This document shows positions 35,248 through 45,464 of a DNA stretch of 64,000 nucleotides, piece by piece. Numbering within the stretch: the first letter of the stretch is position 1; each line of letters starts with the position of its first letter. This DNA comes from a virus (taxonomy: Duplodnaviria > Caudoviricetes): the IMG/VR virus record IMGVR_UViG_3300028048_000038, positions 128,001 to 192,000 of that record; one strand, 5' to 3'. The notes beneath the pieces are model-generated. The model saw nothing but the letters and a program-made list of their open reading frames with translations, did no database searches and was not told where the DNA came from. Both the position numbers and the translations under genes were made by a program.

Positions 35248-36402
35248 TTATAATTTTCTACCTCTAACCCATCCTTGAGTTATATACTCTTCAACTTCAT
35301 CTTTTCCAATTCTTTTATTGGTAAAAGTGCCATCATTATTAACATTATAAACCCATAGATTAGATTTTTTCCTATTTTCTTTATCTACTAAACCATTTTC
35401 TTTGATGTATCTCTTATAGCATTCATCACAACAGAATTTACTATTATGAAAGGTTGTATAATATTCTTTACCACATCGTAAACATATATGTGATTCCTTT
35501 GAATATTTATGCTCTTTACCAATCAATTGGTCTATATCCTTTTTACGGTATGGCAGATTATATTGTTTACACCAATTAGCTACTGCTCTATCAGAAACAC
35601 CATATTCTTGTGCTATTGTTGTAAATGGTTTATACTTTACCATTTCAAATAACTTTTCCTTTGATGGTCTTTCAACTCTCCTTTGTTTAAAGGTGTTTAG
35701 TCTTTGCTTGTTGGTTAGTCCGTCTTCACCACGAACAGCTTTCTTGTATACTTTAGGCGCTTTCAAAATGCCAACAGTTTCATAGTGCGTTATTGGTTCT
35801 TCAAGCATATCTAGAACTGCTTTCAATGCCTTTGTACCATCATGAGTAACCTCATTTGCAGCTATTCTAAGAACTTTCCACCCTTTAGATAATAGCAATG
35901 CATCTTTCTTTTTGTCTCTTTTTTTTCTTTCCTCTTCCAAATGTTGTGACCCATCTATTTCAACTGCCAATTTTTCATTTATAAAGGCAAAATCTATAAA
36001 ATATGGAAAAACTGAATATTCCCTATATACTAGATATTTTTTGTCTAATCCATTATCTTCAAGTATTTTTTGAAAGCATTTTTCTGGATATGACATATTT
36101 TTCAGCCTCCAAGCAGTTTGCTCTGGGTGTTCTTTCATCCATCTAAGATGCGCCTTTCTTATCTTATCCTTTGTTTCTTCTGAAAGTTTGTAACTATTTG
36201 GGTGTTTTTTATGGGCAATCTTATTTGCCTCAGATAAACTCCTAGTTTTATCTTTTAATAATTTATCAAGCCAAAGTTTAGACCCTATATTGTACTTTTT
36301 ATAAAGTTCTCTTAGACTTAAGTAATTTTCAACATAATCTTTTATTATTTGTTCTTTTTCTTCTTTAGTGAAAAATTTATCATATGATTCTACTTTTTTC
36401 AT
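35248..36402 (-). CDS. DUF559/Vsr-like putative homing endonuclease
   Basis: YFIDFA...LAVEIDGSQH...GWKVLR; NUMOD3-like SEETKDKI. Confidence 0.8.
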   Translation of the reverse strand: MKKVESYDKFFTKEEKEQIIKDYVENYLSLRELYKKYNIGSKLWLDKLLKDKTRSLSEANKIAHKKHPNSYKLSEETKDKIRKAHLRWMKEHPEQTAWRLKNMSYPEKCFQKILEDNGLDKKYLVYREYSVFPYFIDFAFINEKLAVEIDGSQHLEEERKKRDKKKDALLLSKGWKVLRIAANEVTHDGTKALKAVLDMLEEPITHYETVGILKAPKVYKKAVRGEDGLTNKQRLNTFKQRRVERPSKEKLFEMVKYKPFTTIAQEYGVSDRAVANWCKQYNLPYRKKDIDQLIGKEHKYSKESHICLRCGKEYYTTFHNSKFCCDECYKRYIKENGLVDKENRKKSNLWVYNVNNDGTFTNKRIGKDEVEEYITQGWVRGRKL

Positions 36403-36507
36403 AATAATACTGATTTACATATAAAATATAATGATTATTTTCTATATATAAATAGTACTAACTATGATTTTCGAACACTTTTTTAATGATAATTTTTAAT
36501 GTCTTAG

Positions 36508-36579
36508 TGACGCATCCCAGAGTTGAACTGGGCTTCTAGGGTTGAAAACCCTATGTACTAACCGATATACGAATGCGCC
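36508..36579 (-). tRNA. tRNA-Glu (UUC)
   Basis: TAGGG TTTTCAA CCCTA. Confidence 0.85.
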
Positions 36580-36590
36580 ATTAAATTAAG

Positions 36591-36661
36591 TAGCGGAATT
36601 AGGTACTGCCCCTAAGTCTAGTCCTTGAGAGAGACTTGTTCTACTTTTAAACTATACCGCC
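36591..36661 (-). tRNA. tRNA-Glu (CUC) with non-canonical T loop
   Basis: AGTCT CTCTCAA GGACT; T loop GGCAGTA. Confidence 0.7.
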
Positions 36662-37048
36662 ATAATAGCATTGCAAAGATATGAAAAAAAATCGAGATAA
36701 CCAAATTTTTATCAAACTTTTAACAACTTTAAACAGTTTAAGGTGGATAATCCGTAGACTACCCACCTATTATAGCTCTAATAAACACTATGAAACTTCG
36801 GTTTATGATAATAATAAAATGACGTAAATCTACATTAGAACATGGACACACCTTCATATCTTGGATAACCATATCCAAGACCACGAGGCTGCTCTTCTAT
36901 ATGTAGACTGAATGTAATCATAATATTATTCTCTATTTTTGTTGTTTATTATAAATATAGTATTTATTTCAAAAATTTCAAGTTTTATAATGCAAAGATA
37001 TGAAAAATATTTGAGAAAACCAAATTTTTCACTGATTTTTTAACATTT

Positions 37049-37495
37049 TTAAGAATATGTGGCTTCTCTTTCTGCTTTTTCGGCTTCCATTGCAAGCCTC
37101 ATTTCCTCAGTGAACTCTTGGTATATGTCAGTACCTTTTGCAATTCCATAGACTTCTTTTGTCCAACCGAAGATTGAGGTTCCAGTGCTACCAATCTTAA
37201 ACCAAAGCTCATTGGTATGGCTTGCGTCTGATATCTCCCATACTTGGTGTACCATAGACCATGAACCTCCAGTATCATCATGTAGTACGCAGAATACGGC
37301 ATCACCTCTTTTAACGTCTCTTGGGGCGCAAGGAGTAACCCTACAATATTCCATGTGATTAATTAATGGCGACATTGAGTTACCCATCTCCCAATGATAG
37401 AAGGATTCACCATTCTTTAATGCCTCTTCCATTTCATGTGGGTCTTGTATAACTCTCAACCCATCTATTGTTTTTGGTTCATTTACAATTCTCAT
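37049..37495 (-). CDS. S24/S26 peptidase-like protein
   Basis: GNSMSP and RGDAVF motifs; resembles ORF 11929-12255. Confidence 0.6.
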   Translation of the reverse strand: MRIVNEPKTIDGLRVIQDPHEMEEALKNGESFYHWEMGNSMSPLINHMEYCRVTPCAPRDVKRGDAVFCVLHDDTGGSWSMVHQVWEISDASHTNELWFKIGSTGTSIFGWTKEVYGIAKGTDIYQEFTEEMRLAMEAEKAEREATYS

Positions 37496-37507
37496 ATTGT
37501 TTTTCTA

Positions 37508-39055
37508 TTAAAGTTTTAACATATCAAATAATGAATTCGTGGACTTAGAATTTCTGTCATTTTGGTTAACGCCCATAATCTTAAACATGCCATTCAAGTC
37601 CTTTGAAAGTGTCTTCAATGAAGAATCAAGTGTATCGAAATACACATCAAGACTATCCATATATAGGTTAAGAGAGCTTAATCCATTTGCTATTTTAATA
37701 TTCGGCATTTTAGGGAAGCTTGGGATTTTGATGTTGTATTCTTTCATCTTATCTACGGCTTGCTCCACTAGTTTTCTCTTTTCCTTAAGTCTTCTTTCTT
37801 CCTCGGCTATTCTCTTTTGTCTTTCTTTCTCTTCCCTCTCAATTCTCTCTTTTCTAGCCTTTTCTTTTCTAGCTTTCTCTGCTTCATACTCTTCAACTGT
37901 ATAAGCACCCAATTCATCCCAAGCAATCTTGAAATGGTCGTTTGGATTAAAACCATCCAAGTAAGGTCTCTCAACACCACTTTTTCCATCAATTGCGGTT
38001 GGGTCATTGGTGTGTTTCACAAGTTTGATAAGTATATACACTGTATCGTCCTCAGAAATGAAGTTGCCGTGAGTATAATTCAAACCGCTTGGATATGCAA
38101 TCTGGGCATCCAATCTTGTATTTGACGCAATCATGACTCCATTTTTTGTTTCTCCACTTGGCTTTTCATACACGATTGGCTCATCGCTTGTAACTCTCAA
38201 GGACTTCATGAATCTTTCTTCCTTAATCAGTTTACCGCTTGGCGTTACCACATAACCATCAGAATAATCCTTAAAGCCATTAAGCTTCAATAAGACATAT
38301 CTGATTGTGTTATCTATTTCGCTTGTTGGTGTAGTGCCCAAGTTGTTTTTATCGAATGGTATTGTTTCCTTAACTCTTCGCCAACTAAGGTGTTTTGGGA
38401 ATAGTTGCAATCCATTTTCATATTCTATCCCCATGCATTCGCAATCATGCTTTGAGAGAGTAAAGATTTTATCTTTGTATCCACCAACTTGTTTAACGAT
38501 TACTGAATTAATATTGATACCATCGTACTCATCATGTACGCCAACAAGTTCATATATCTTCTCAGGCATTTCGAATCCCTCACAAGACACACCACTTAAT
38601 GCATACTTTTCTCCTTTTATAAACTTTGGAATACAATTACTTGGCTCATTGACAACCCCCATATCCGTGAAATCGACAGCCTCAAACATTTCCTTTGGAT
38701 GATAAAATAAGTTTTCGACATACCCACTGTCATTTTTTGCTGAACTTGGGTATGCATATGATTTCAGCGTAGTATTGCGTTTGAAGTCAGCATCTACCAT
38801 TTCACTGATACCACTAATCACTTTATTTGACATCTTTGGTCTAGCTATACATGGACTTGCTATTTTTCCCATAGGGTTATGAGTTAATTCAGATAATTTA
38901 ACTGCTATTTCTCTGCCATCTGAGGCATTTTTAAGGTGAATGTAGTCACCAATAACATATGCGCTAGAAACAGTCCAATCATCACTTAGGGTGATTGGAA
39001 CTAGTTCTATCTTATTGTTTCTGTATGTATTTACTAATACTTGCTTATAGTTCAT
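37508..39055 (-). CDS. hypothetical protein with C-terminal coiled coil
   Basis: 515-aa ORF coupled to TelA-like gene. Confidence 0.7.
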   Translation of the reverse strand: MNYKQVLVNTYRNNKIELVPITLSDDWTVSSAYVIGDYIHLKNASDGREIAVKLSELTHNPMGKIASPCIARPKMSNKVISGISEMVDADFKRNTTLKSYAYPSSAKNDSGYVENLFYHPKEMFEAVDFTDMGVVNEPSNCIPKFIKGEKYALSGVSCEGFEMPEKIYELVGVHDEYDGININSVIVKQVGGYKDKIFTLSKHDCECMGIEYENGLQLFPKHLSWRRVKETIPFDKNNLGTTPTSEIDNTIRYVLLKLNGFKDYSDGYVVTPSGKLIKEERFMKSLRVTSDEPIVYEKPSGETKNGVMIASNTRLDAQIAYPSGLNYTHGNFISEDDTVYILIKLVKHTNDPTAIDGKSGVERPYLDGFNPNDHFKIAWDELGAYTVEEYEAEKARKEKARKERIEREEKERQKRIAEEERRLKEKRKLVEQAVDKMKEYNIKIPSFPKMPNIKIANGLSSLNLYMDSLDVYFDTLDSSLKTLSKDLNGMFKIMGVNQNDRNSKSTNSLFDMLKL

Positions 39056-40350
39056 TATTCATTGAGCAACTTTGGGTCTCTCTTCCCACGAAGTTCACTT
39101 GAGATAACTTTCTGAGTGGACTCTGCAACACCGATTGCTTTCATATGCATTTCCTTCTCAAGCTTTGCAATTTCAGCCTCGGCAGCAGCACGTCTTTCAG
39201 CACCTTCCTTCTGAGCCTTTTGTACCCCCTCTACAGTGGCTACAAGCTCTTGTGTAGACTTACGAAGAGTCTCTACATCAAGAACCATACGCTGACTCTG
39301 TTTCGCAACCTCAATGGCTTGTACCTTCATCATTTCAGCGTTCTTACGGAACAACTCATTGGTGGTATCAGTTACCTTTGTACCAATCTCAATGGCTTGC
39401 TTCTGGTCATACAATGCCACAGCCAATGACAACTGATTCTTCCAAAGAGGAATTGTCATAGCAATCTGAGACTCAGTGTTGTTAGCATGCATGATGTTTG
39501 TACGCTGAATAATACGAATCTGAGTCAATGACTGCTTAAACGCATAACGAAGGGCGATAAGGTCAGTGAGTCGCTTATCAAGAGCATTCTTGTACTCTTC
39601 GATGTCACTAATCTGATACTCTTCATACTCATTTGAGCGTGACTTCATATCGTCAATCAGTGTACCAAGCTCCTCAGACTTCATCTTACCTGCTACGATA
39701 AGGTCTTCCAATTGGTCTACATAATCACAGTTATTCTCAAACTGCTTCTGCAAGAGATTATTATCTCGAATGGCAATCTGACGTGTTGCCTCAAGCTTCT
39801 TAACAATACCGTCAATGTTCTTCTCGATAGTGTTGTACTTAGCCTTAATCTGCTCAACAGAAATAACGAGTCTCTTAAGTCCAGGAATACGTCTCAAGAA
39901 TCTCTTGACTGCATTAGGTGCTTCAAGGTCGTTAATGTCAACCTCATGCAACTCACCCAAGAGGTTTGAAATCAACTGAGCTGACTCAATACCAGCCTTG
40001 GAATCAAATGATTGCTTAAGGAAGTCACTTGAGTATGAACTCATTGCTCTCTGGAGGTCTGAGCCATAGCTAGTAATGGTTGACATTTCCTTCTCATTGA
40101 GAACTGATGCAATCTCCTTATAATACGCTTTACGAGCTGGAGTAAGATTACTCGTATTAATCTCTCCACTATCATCAACACGCTTCAGTGAGGTACTACC
40201 ACTAGTAAGTTCAGTCTCTGCCTCTGCTGAAATCTCATCAAGGGCACGTCTTGTGCGTGTTGGAGACTTACGAGTAGTTCTCTTAACTCTTGGCTTCTTC
40301 ACTTCACTTACTTCAGCCTCAACAATTGTTTCTTTTGTCTTTTTCGCCAT
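39055..40350 (-). CDS. toxic anion resistance protein (TelA/KlaB family)
   Basis: Long helical protein with TIPLWKNQL..A and N.L.R.NAEM signature. Confidence 0.85.
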   Translation of the reverse strand: MAKKTKETIVEAEVSEVKKPRVKRTTRKSPTRTRRALDEISAEAETELTSGSTSLKRVDDSGEINTSNLTPARKAYYKEIASVLNEKEMSTITSYGSDLQRAMSSYSSDFLKQSFDSKAGIESAQLISNLLGELHEVDINDLEAPNAVKRFLRRIPGLKRLVISVEQIKAKYNTIEKNIDGIVKKLEATRQIAIRDNNLLQKQFENNCDYVDQLEDLIVAGKMKSEELGTLIDDMKSRSNEYEEYQISDIEEYKNALDKRLTDLIALRYAFKQSLTQIRIIQRTNIMHANNTESQIAMTIPLWKNQLSLAVALYDQKQAIEIGTKVTDTTNELFRKNAEMMKVQAIEVAKQSQRMVLDVETLRKSTQELVATVEGVQKAQKEGAERRAAAEAEIAKLEKEMHMKAIGVAESTQKVISSELRGKRDPKLLNE

Positions 40351-40635
40351 TATTATTCTACTTTTAAGTTATTAATTTGTGCAAATATATAGTTATTTTT
40401 TGAATAATCAAAATTTTAAGTTATAATTAATGTTAATTCAAATGCGTTAAATGCTAAGCATGACATTCTTTACAATAGTATATACGTTTTTCTTGTCGTT
40501 TCCAATTATGAAAACGATTGCGGCTACGCATACATTTGATTAGTGCCAACATCGCACCTATTTTGTCATATCTTTTTTTATTACACACATTTTTATAAAA
40601 AGAAAGCCACCCATCTTGTGAGTGGCTTTGTTTAG

Positions 40636-41049
40636 TTAGAATGGTAAATCATCTGCATCTGTTGATGCTGCTGTCTCTTGTGGTTTTGGCTTATGGGTTC
40701 CAGTGTCTGTGACAGCCTCATTTGTCTGAGTGTCACCACTCTTGCCCAAGTTCACAAAGTCAACTCTATCTGCGAATAAATCAGTAGAGATTGATTGTTC
40801 ACCATTCTTGTTAGTGAAGAGAGAAGTTCTTAATGTACCGTGTACAGAAACGGCACTACCTTTCTTCATGTGCTCTTGCATCTTAACTGCACGTTCTCCA
40901 GACCACATAACATTAGCCCATGTCGTAACATTCTCACCATTGAAGAAGTCGTTAGATGCAACCCTCATGGAAACAAATTGGTTTCCCTTTGCGGAAGTCT
41001 TTAGTTCAGCATCTGCTCCAAGTCTTCCTATTAGTTCTACGTATAACAT
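40636..41049 (-). CDS. ssb: single-stranded DNA-binding protein
   Basis: LIGRLGADAE, KKGS.V.V.G.L, acidic DDLPF tail. Confidence 0.93.
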   Translation of the reverse strand: MLYVELIGRLGADAELKTSAKGNQFVSMRVASNDFFNGENVTTWANVMWSGERAVKMQEHMKKGSAVSVHGTLRTSLFTNKNGEQSISTDLFADRVDFVNLGKSGDTQTNEAVTDTGTHKPKPQETAASTDADDLPF

Positions 41050-41061
41050 AATATGAAATTG

Positions 41062-41316
41062 TTAAATTAATATTTTTAAGTAATTCTCATTTATTGTCCA
41101 ACCTTGCTCTTTCATAACATTATATTCCTCATCTGGCATTTCAGAACCCAATAGTTCGTCAATGCTAACATCGTAATAGTAATCTAATGTCTTATCATCC
41201 ATTCTCAAATTAACGGCTGCAAACTTGATTATGTTTGCCAAAGCTGCTGCTGAAATCCTTTTGGAATCTGATAATTTATTATCCTTAAATAATTCTAATA
41301 ACTCTTCCTTTGTCAT
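41062..41316 (-). CDS. hypothetical protein
   Basis: 84-aa ORF behind promoter near 41338. Confidence 0.6.
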   Translation of the reverse strand: MTKEELLELFKDNKLSDSKRISAAALANIIKFAAVNLRMDDKTLDYYYDVSIDELLGSEMPDEEYNVMKEQGWTINENYLKILI

Positions 41317-41409
41317 GTTAAAATCTGTTTAACACTGCAAAGATATAGTTAAATTTCGTAAATTCCAAATTTTTACATAAAAAAATGAGGACTAATGTAA
41401 AACTAGCCC

Positions 41410-42768
41410 TCATCTTCTCTTGTCCTCTGCTGCCTTGATGTTCATCTTTGGCTTCATGAAGAACTTGATGTCAACTGTTGGCTCAATGAGTTTCACAATC
41501 TCATCCATTGGCTTGTATGCAGCTGGAGCCTCATCCAATGTTTTCTCGTCAGCAGTGGTGGTATAGATACCAGCATCTGCCATCTGCTTCTTGAACTCCT
41601 CAACATCCAAGGTCTTGTTAGCCTTATCACGAGACATAGAACGTCCACAGCCATGCGGGGCTGTCCAGTTCCAATCCTCGTTTGACTTACCTTCACAGAT
41701 TGAGATACCATCCCTCATATTGAATGGGATAATTAACTTCTCTCCCTCATAGGCACGAATAGCACCCTTACGAATCATCATATTTGGCTTTCCACTCAAC
41801 GCCTTAAAGTCATAATCGATGTAATTATGAGTAGTGGCAATAAAGTCAATTGGCTTGCCACCATCTGACATCTTACGATAAATTTCAACCAACTGCTCGT
41901 GGATAACCTCGTGGTTCAACTTGGCATATACTTGAGCAATCAAGACATCGACAAGATAACCCATAAGTTTGTCACCGTTCAAGTATCCTGGAATCTTACG
42001 TGATAAGTACTCCTCTCTTGCTGCATCAATCTCTGCCTTAATCTTCTTTCTATCAGTATTCTTCTCCTTGACCTTATCCTCAAGCATCTTCATTTCCTCT
42101 CTAGAAACTACCATGCTTCTTGCTATCTTATCCCAATAGTTGAATACAGCCAAGCCCAACTTACGTGAGCCACAGTGTACGCACATGCAGTACTTACCAA
42201 GGTCATCATTAACATCGTACTCCACAAAATGATTACCACCACCCACAGAGCCAATAGACTTCATGAAATCACCATAAGGAATGTGTACATGTTTACACCA
42301 ATTCTCTAAATCCATTTCTGAGTTGAAATAGATTGCATAGTCCACAAACTTAGGATAAAGTGAAACCAATCTATCCATAGCTGAATTAATAGCCTTTGCA
42401 ATTCGCTTCCAATCAATCTTGGACTTGTCATTGATGGTGAATCCAAACGGAATATCCTTGCGAATCTTGTGCTCAAACTCCTTCATCTTATCCTCGACAA
42501 TAGGCTTGTCGAAGAAAGTGGCAGAGATTGTACAACCAATGTCACAACCTACATGCTCAGGATTAACGTGGTCTGTTTCAATGTTAACTGGGCATGAGAA
42601 TCCAATCACAATGCCCTTACCATCGTGACAATCAGGCATGATACGAATCTTTCTATCCTTAAATGCCCTACAATCAGCAATCCTATATATCGTTGACAAT
42701 GCGGTCTCCTCCACATTGTCGGTAAAGACCTTTATGTACTTACAATACTGTCCTTTAATTTCTAACAT
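41410..42768 (-). CDS. rtcB: RtcB-family RNA 2',3'-cyclic phosphate/5'-OH ligase
   Basis: MPDCH, VGCDIGC, GGGNHFVE, HCGSR, HNY, RKGA, PHGCGR, DEAP.AYK. Confidence 0.95.
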   Translation of the reverse strand: MLEIKGQYCKYIKVFTDNVEETALSTIYRIADCRAFKDRKIRIMPDCHDGKGIVIGFSCPVNIETDHVNPEHVGCDIGCTISATFFDKPIVEDKMKEFEHKIRKDIPFGFTINDKSKIDWKRIAKAINSAMDRLVSLYPKFVDYAIYFNSEMDLENWCKHVHIPYGDFMKSIGSVGGGNHFVEYDVNDDLGKYCMCVHCGSRKLGLAVFNYWDKIARSMVVSREEMKMLEDKVKEKNTDRKKIKAEIDAAREEYLSRKIPGYLNGDKLMGYLVDVLIAQVYAKLNHEVIHEQLVEIYRKMSDGGKPIDFIATTHNYIDYDFKALSGKPNMMIRKGAIRAYEGEKLIIPFNMRDGISICEGKSNEDWNWTAPHGCGRSMSRDKANKTLDVEEFKKQMADAGIYTTTADEKTLDEAPAAYKPMDEIVKLIEPTVDIKFFMKPKMNIKAAEDKRR

Positions 42769-42777
42769 AACTTAATC

Positions 42778-43659
42778 CTAAAATAACAAACTACCCTTAT
42801 CGTCCCACTGTGTGTATAGCTTGCAGTTTGGACGAAGAATTAGATACTTCAAAGCTTGTTTTTCCTCGCTCTTAGCCATACAATCCTCGTCAATGACTGT
42901 TGATATACCCATTACTGAATAACGTCTGCTACCATATTCCAATGTATCTAGATAACGTCCATTTTTAAGAATATAATCATTAAGACCACCAAAATATGAT
43001 GTTGTTTTAACGTTATTTTCCTTAATCCACGTTGTCTGAGGTGTGTCGCTACCATCAGTGTACATCTTGCGGAATGTAATTTGGTCAGCACCCAATACCT
43101 TGCTGCAATATTCGAATATTGGCTCATATTCTCCATTTGGCTCTTCATAAAGATAAAGCCACTTTGTCACATTGAGGGACAAACGAAGGTTCATACCATA
43201 TTCTTTAATTTTAGAACAAAGCCACTTCAAGTTAATGCGTGTATGCCCACCATTAATAATATCACTATTGATTTCATCGTTGTTTAAACAAGACACTGAA
43301 AGGCTGATTGTGGTAATGCCGTTATTGCGAAGACAATTAAGTGTATACTCATCAATCTTAGCTCCAGTGGTTTGAATCTCAATGTTTCTAAACGGCATTG
43401 TCAATTCAGAATTCATTCTAGCAAATTTGCCAATGAATGCCATGTTCTGCTGTGGCTCACCTTGCCCAGTGAGCATAACGGTATTGCACCCATTATCCCT
43501 AGCAAAAGCCATACGATTCTTATAACTCTCTACATGAAAATAGTCATCAGTAGAAATCAAATCATCATATTCCTCTTTATGCATGCGGCTTACACAGAAC
43601 TTACACTGATTCATGCAGCCATGTGTAGGAACTACGATTGATAACGATTGTATATTCAT
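42778..43659 (-). CDS. radical SAM protein
   Basis: CMNQCKFC (CxxxCxxC), TGQGEP. Confidence 0.9.
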   Translation of the reverse strand: MNIQSLSIVVPTHGCMNQCKFCVSRMHKEEYDDLISTDDYFHVESYKNRMAFARDNGCNTVMLTGQGEPQQNMAFIGKFARMNSELTMPFRNIEIQTTGAKIDEYTLNCLRNNGITTISLSVSCLNNDEINSDIINGGHTRINLKWLCSKIKEYGMNLRLSLNVTKWLYLYEEPNGEYEPIFEYCSKVLGADQITFRKMYTDGSDTPQTTWIKENNVKTTSYFGGLNDYILKNGRYLDTLEYGSRRYSVMGISTVIDEDCMAKSEEKQALKYLILRPNCKLYTQWDDKGSLLF

Positions 43660-43994
43660 TTTCTAAGGTTCTCCCAAACAAACTTCAATAATTCCATAGG
43701 TGCTTCTTTAAGAAAGATGTTGCACCACTGTCCCTCTCTGTTCTTGGTGTTGATTCTGACATTATCCAATGAGATATCACCATCTAAAGGTTTATCACTA
43801 GTTACAGAAACATACACCACTTTTGTAGATTCAAAGTGTTTGTCAATTTTAACTTTCTTGGTATATACCTTGTCTTCCATTGGGTCATCACCCAATATAT
43901 CGGCTTTGGATGTTTCAAGTCCATTTACCATGACAAAACCTAAGATACCATTCTCCAACTTAAATCTTTCACTAAACTTATCCATACCATTCAA
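43656..43994 (-). CDS. hypothetical protein
   Basis: Overlapping operon ORF. Confidence 0.6.
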   Translation of the reverse strand: MNGMDKFSERFKLENGILGFVMVNGLETSKADILGDDPMEDKVYTKKVKIDKHFESTKVVYVSVTSDKPLDGDISLDNVRINTKNREGQWCNIFLKEAPMELLKFVWENLRK

Positions 43995-44248
43995 AATTTA
44001 ATTGTACTTACATATCCCTTATCCTTAAATTTGTTATAGACATCTTGGGTAAGGTCATGTTCCTCTTGTTTCATTTGGTTTACAATCCCTTGCAAAGCAT
44101 CAATACACTCCCTAGAGTTGCGAAGATTGGCAATGGCATAATCAAAGCTGCCTTTATCCTCACCATCCCTTCGTACTTCTTCTTTAGTCTGTTCAAGACG
44201 CATATTGAAATTCCCAATACATGCATCTACGTATTTTTTATCTATCAT
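43991..44248 (-). CDS. hypothetical protein
   Basis: Overlapping operon ORF. Confidence 0.6.
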   Translation of the reverse strand: MIDKKYVDACIGNFNMRLEQTKEEVRRDGEDKGSFDYAIANLRNSRECIDALQGIVNQMKQEEHDLTQDVYNKFKDKGYVSTIKF

Positions 44249-45401
44249 ATAACTTAATTTTACTTATTAACTCATCAACATTTGTAGTGTTCTCATATGG
44301 AAAATCTATTTTTTCTTCGCTATAATACAATATTTTAACTCCATTGTCTTCACAAAGTTTTCTTTTCTTTTCGTCCAAACCAATGCGATATTTGAGTTTA
44401 TCTTCTCCACCGAAATAATCCACAGAATAAAAATGTTGCCCACCTTGACATTCTATGGCAATTTTGTATTGTGGCAAATAAAAATCTAATGTTAGTTCTT
44501 CTAACCAAGGTAAAGTTTTTCTTCTAGCATCATATCTATATTCAATATTATTGTCTATTAATGCTTTTTCAACATTGCATTCAGCATGGCTCATTTTACA
44601 TTTTGGACATCCTTTACTACCTAAGTGATTCGCTGGCGTACAAGTAAAATCTCCGTGTTTTGGGCAAGTAATTATTACATCAGAATGCATTTTCTTATAT
44701 ACCACTTTTGAATAATCATACTTATCACCATATTTTTTAATAAAACGACTTATAATCGTTTCTTGTGATAATTTCTTTTTATTTGACCTTTCTTTTATAC
44801 CACATTCCTTACAGCCCTTGCCACACAAGTGGTTGTGCGGAGTTTGCCAAAAATCTCCGTGAATTGGACAAGTGATTATTATCCTACCTTTTTCATCACG
44901 AGAATTTAAATCAGTTTTATTATAGATGTATTTCATGTTGTGAACTTTAGTGGCTTTGGCGATGAAATCTTCTGTTTTTAAACAACGTTTGTTAGCAGTA
45001 GTAATTTTTCCGCATTCTTTACAGCCTTCACCACCTAAATGTTTATTTGGTGTTTGCCAAAATTCGCCATGAATAGGACAAATAATACATACATCTTGAT
45101 TTGAACGTTTATATTCTACTTTTGAATAGTCATACTTATCACCATGAACTTTTTTAGCTTTTTCAATAAATTCATTGGTGTTACTAAATAAACATTTGTC
45201 CTTTCTTTCTTCCCAGCACTTCGGACACCCACAACCATGTGTGTGAGAGTTAGGTCTTTGCCAGAACTCACCATGTTTAGGGCATATTATACACACTCTA
45301 CCTTTCTCGTCACGATGCTCTAAATCTACCTTAGAATAATCATATTTCTCTCCATGAATATCTCTAGATTTTTCTATAAAAATATCAGTCCTATTTATCA
45401 T
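44238..45401 (-). CDS. putative homing endonuclease with four zinc-binding repeats and a C-terminal PD-(D/E)XK-like domain
   Basis: Repeats HG.KYDYSK...I.CP.HG.F...P..H..G.GC..C; LDFYLP...IAIECQG.QH; likely start MINRTD. Confidence 0.8.
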   Translation of the reverse strand: MINRTDIFIEKSRDIHGEKYDYSKVDLEHRDEKGRVCIICPKHGEFWQRPNSHTHGCGCPKCWEERKDKCLFSNTNEFIEKAKKVHGDKYDYSKVEYKRSNQDVCIICPIHGEFWQTPNKHLGGEGCKECGKITTANKRCLKTEDFIAKATKVHNMKYIYNKTDLNSRDEKGRIIITCPIHGDFWQTPHNHLCGKGCKECGIKERSNKKKLSQETIISRFIKKYGDKYDYSKVVYKKMHSDVIITCPKHGDFTCTPANHLGSKGCPKCKMSHAECNVEKALIDNNIEYRYDARRKTLPWLEELTLDFYLPQYKIAIECQGGQHFYSVDYFGGEDKLKYRIGLDEKKRKLCEDNGVKILYYSEEKIDFPYENTTNVDELISKIKLYDR

Positions 45402-45464
45402 ATAACATAACCATTTATACATATAAATATCAATTACATAATAAAAAAGACTGATAAATTATCC

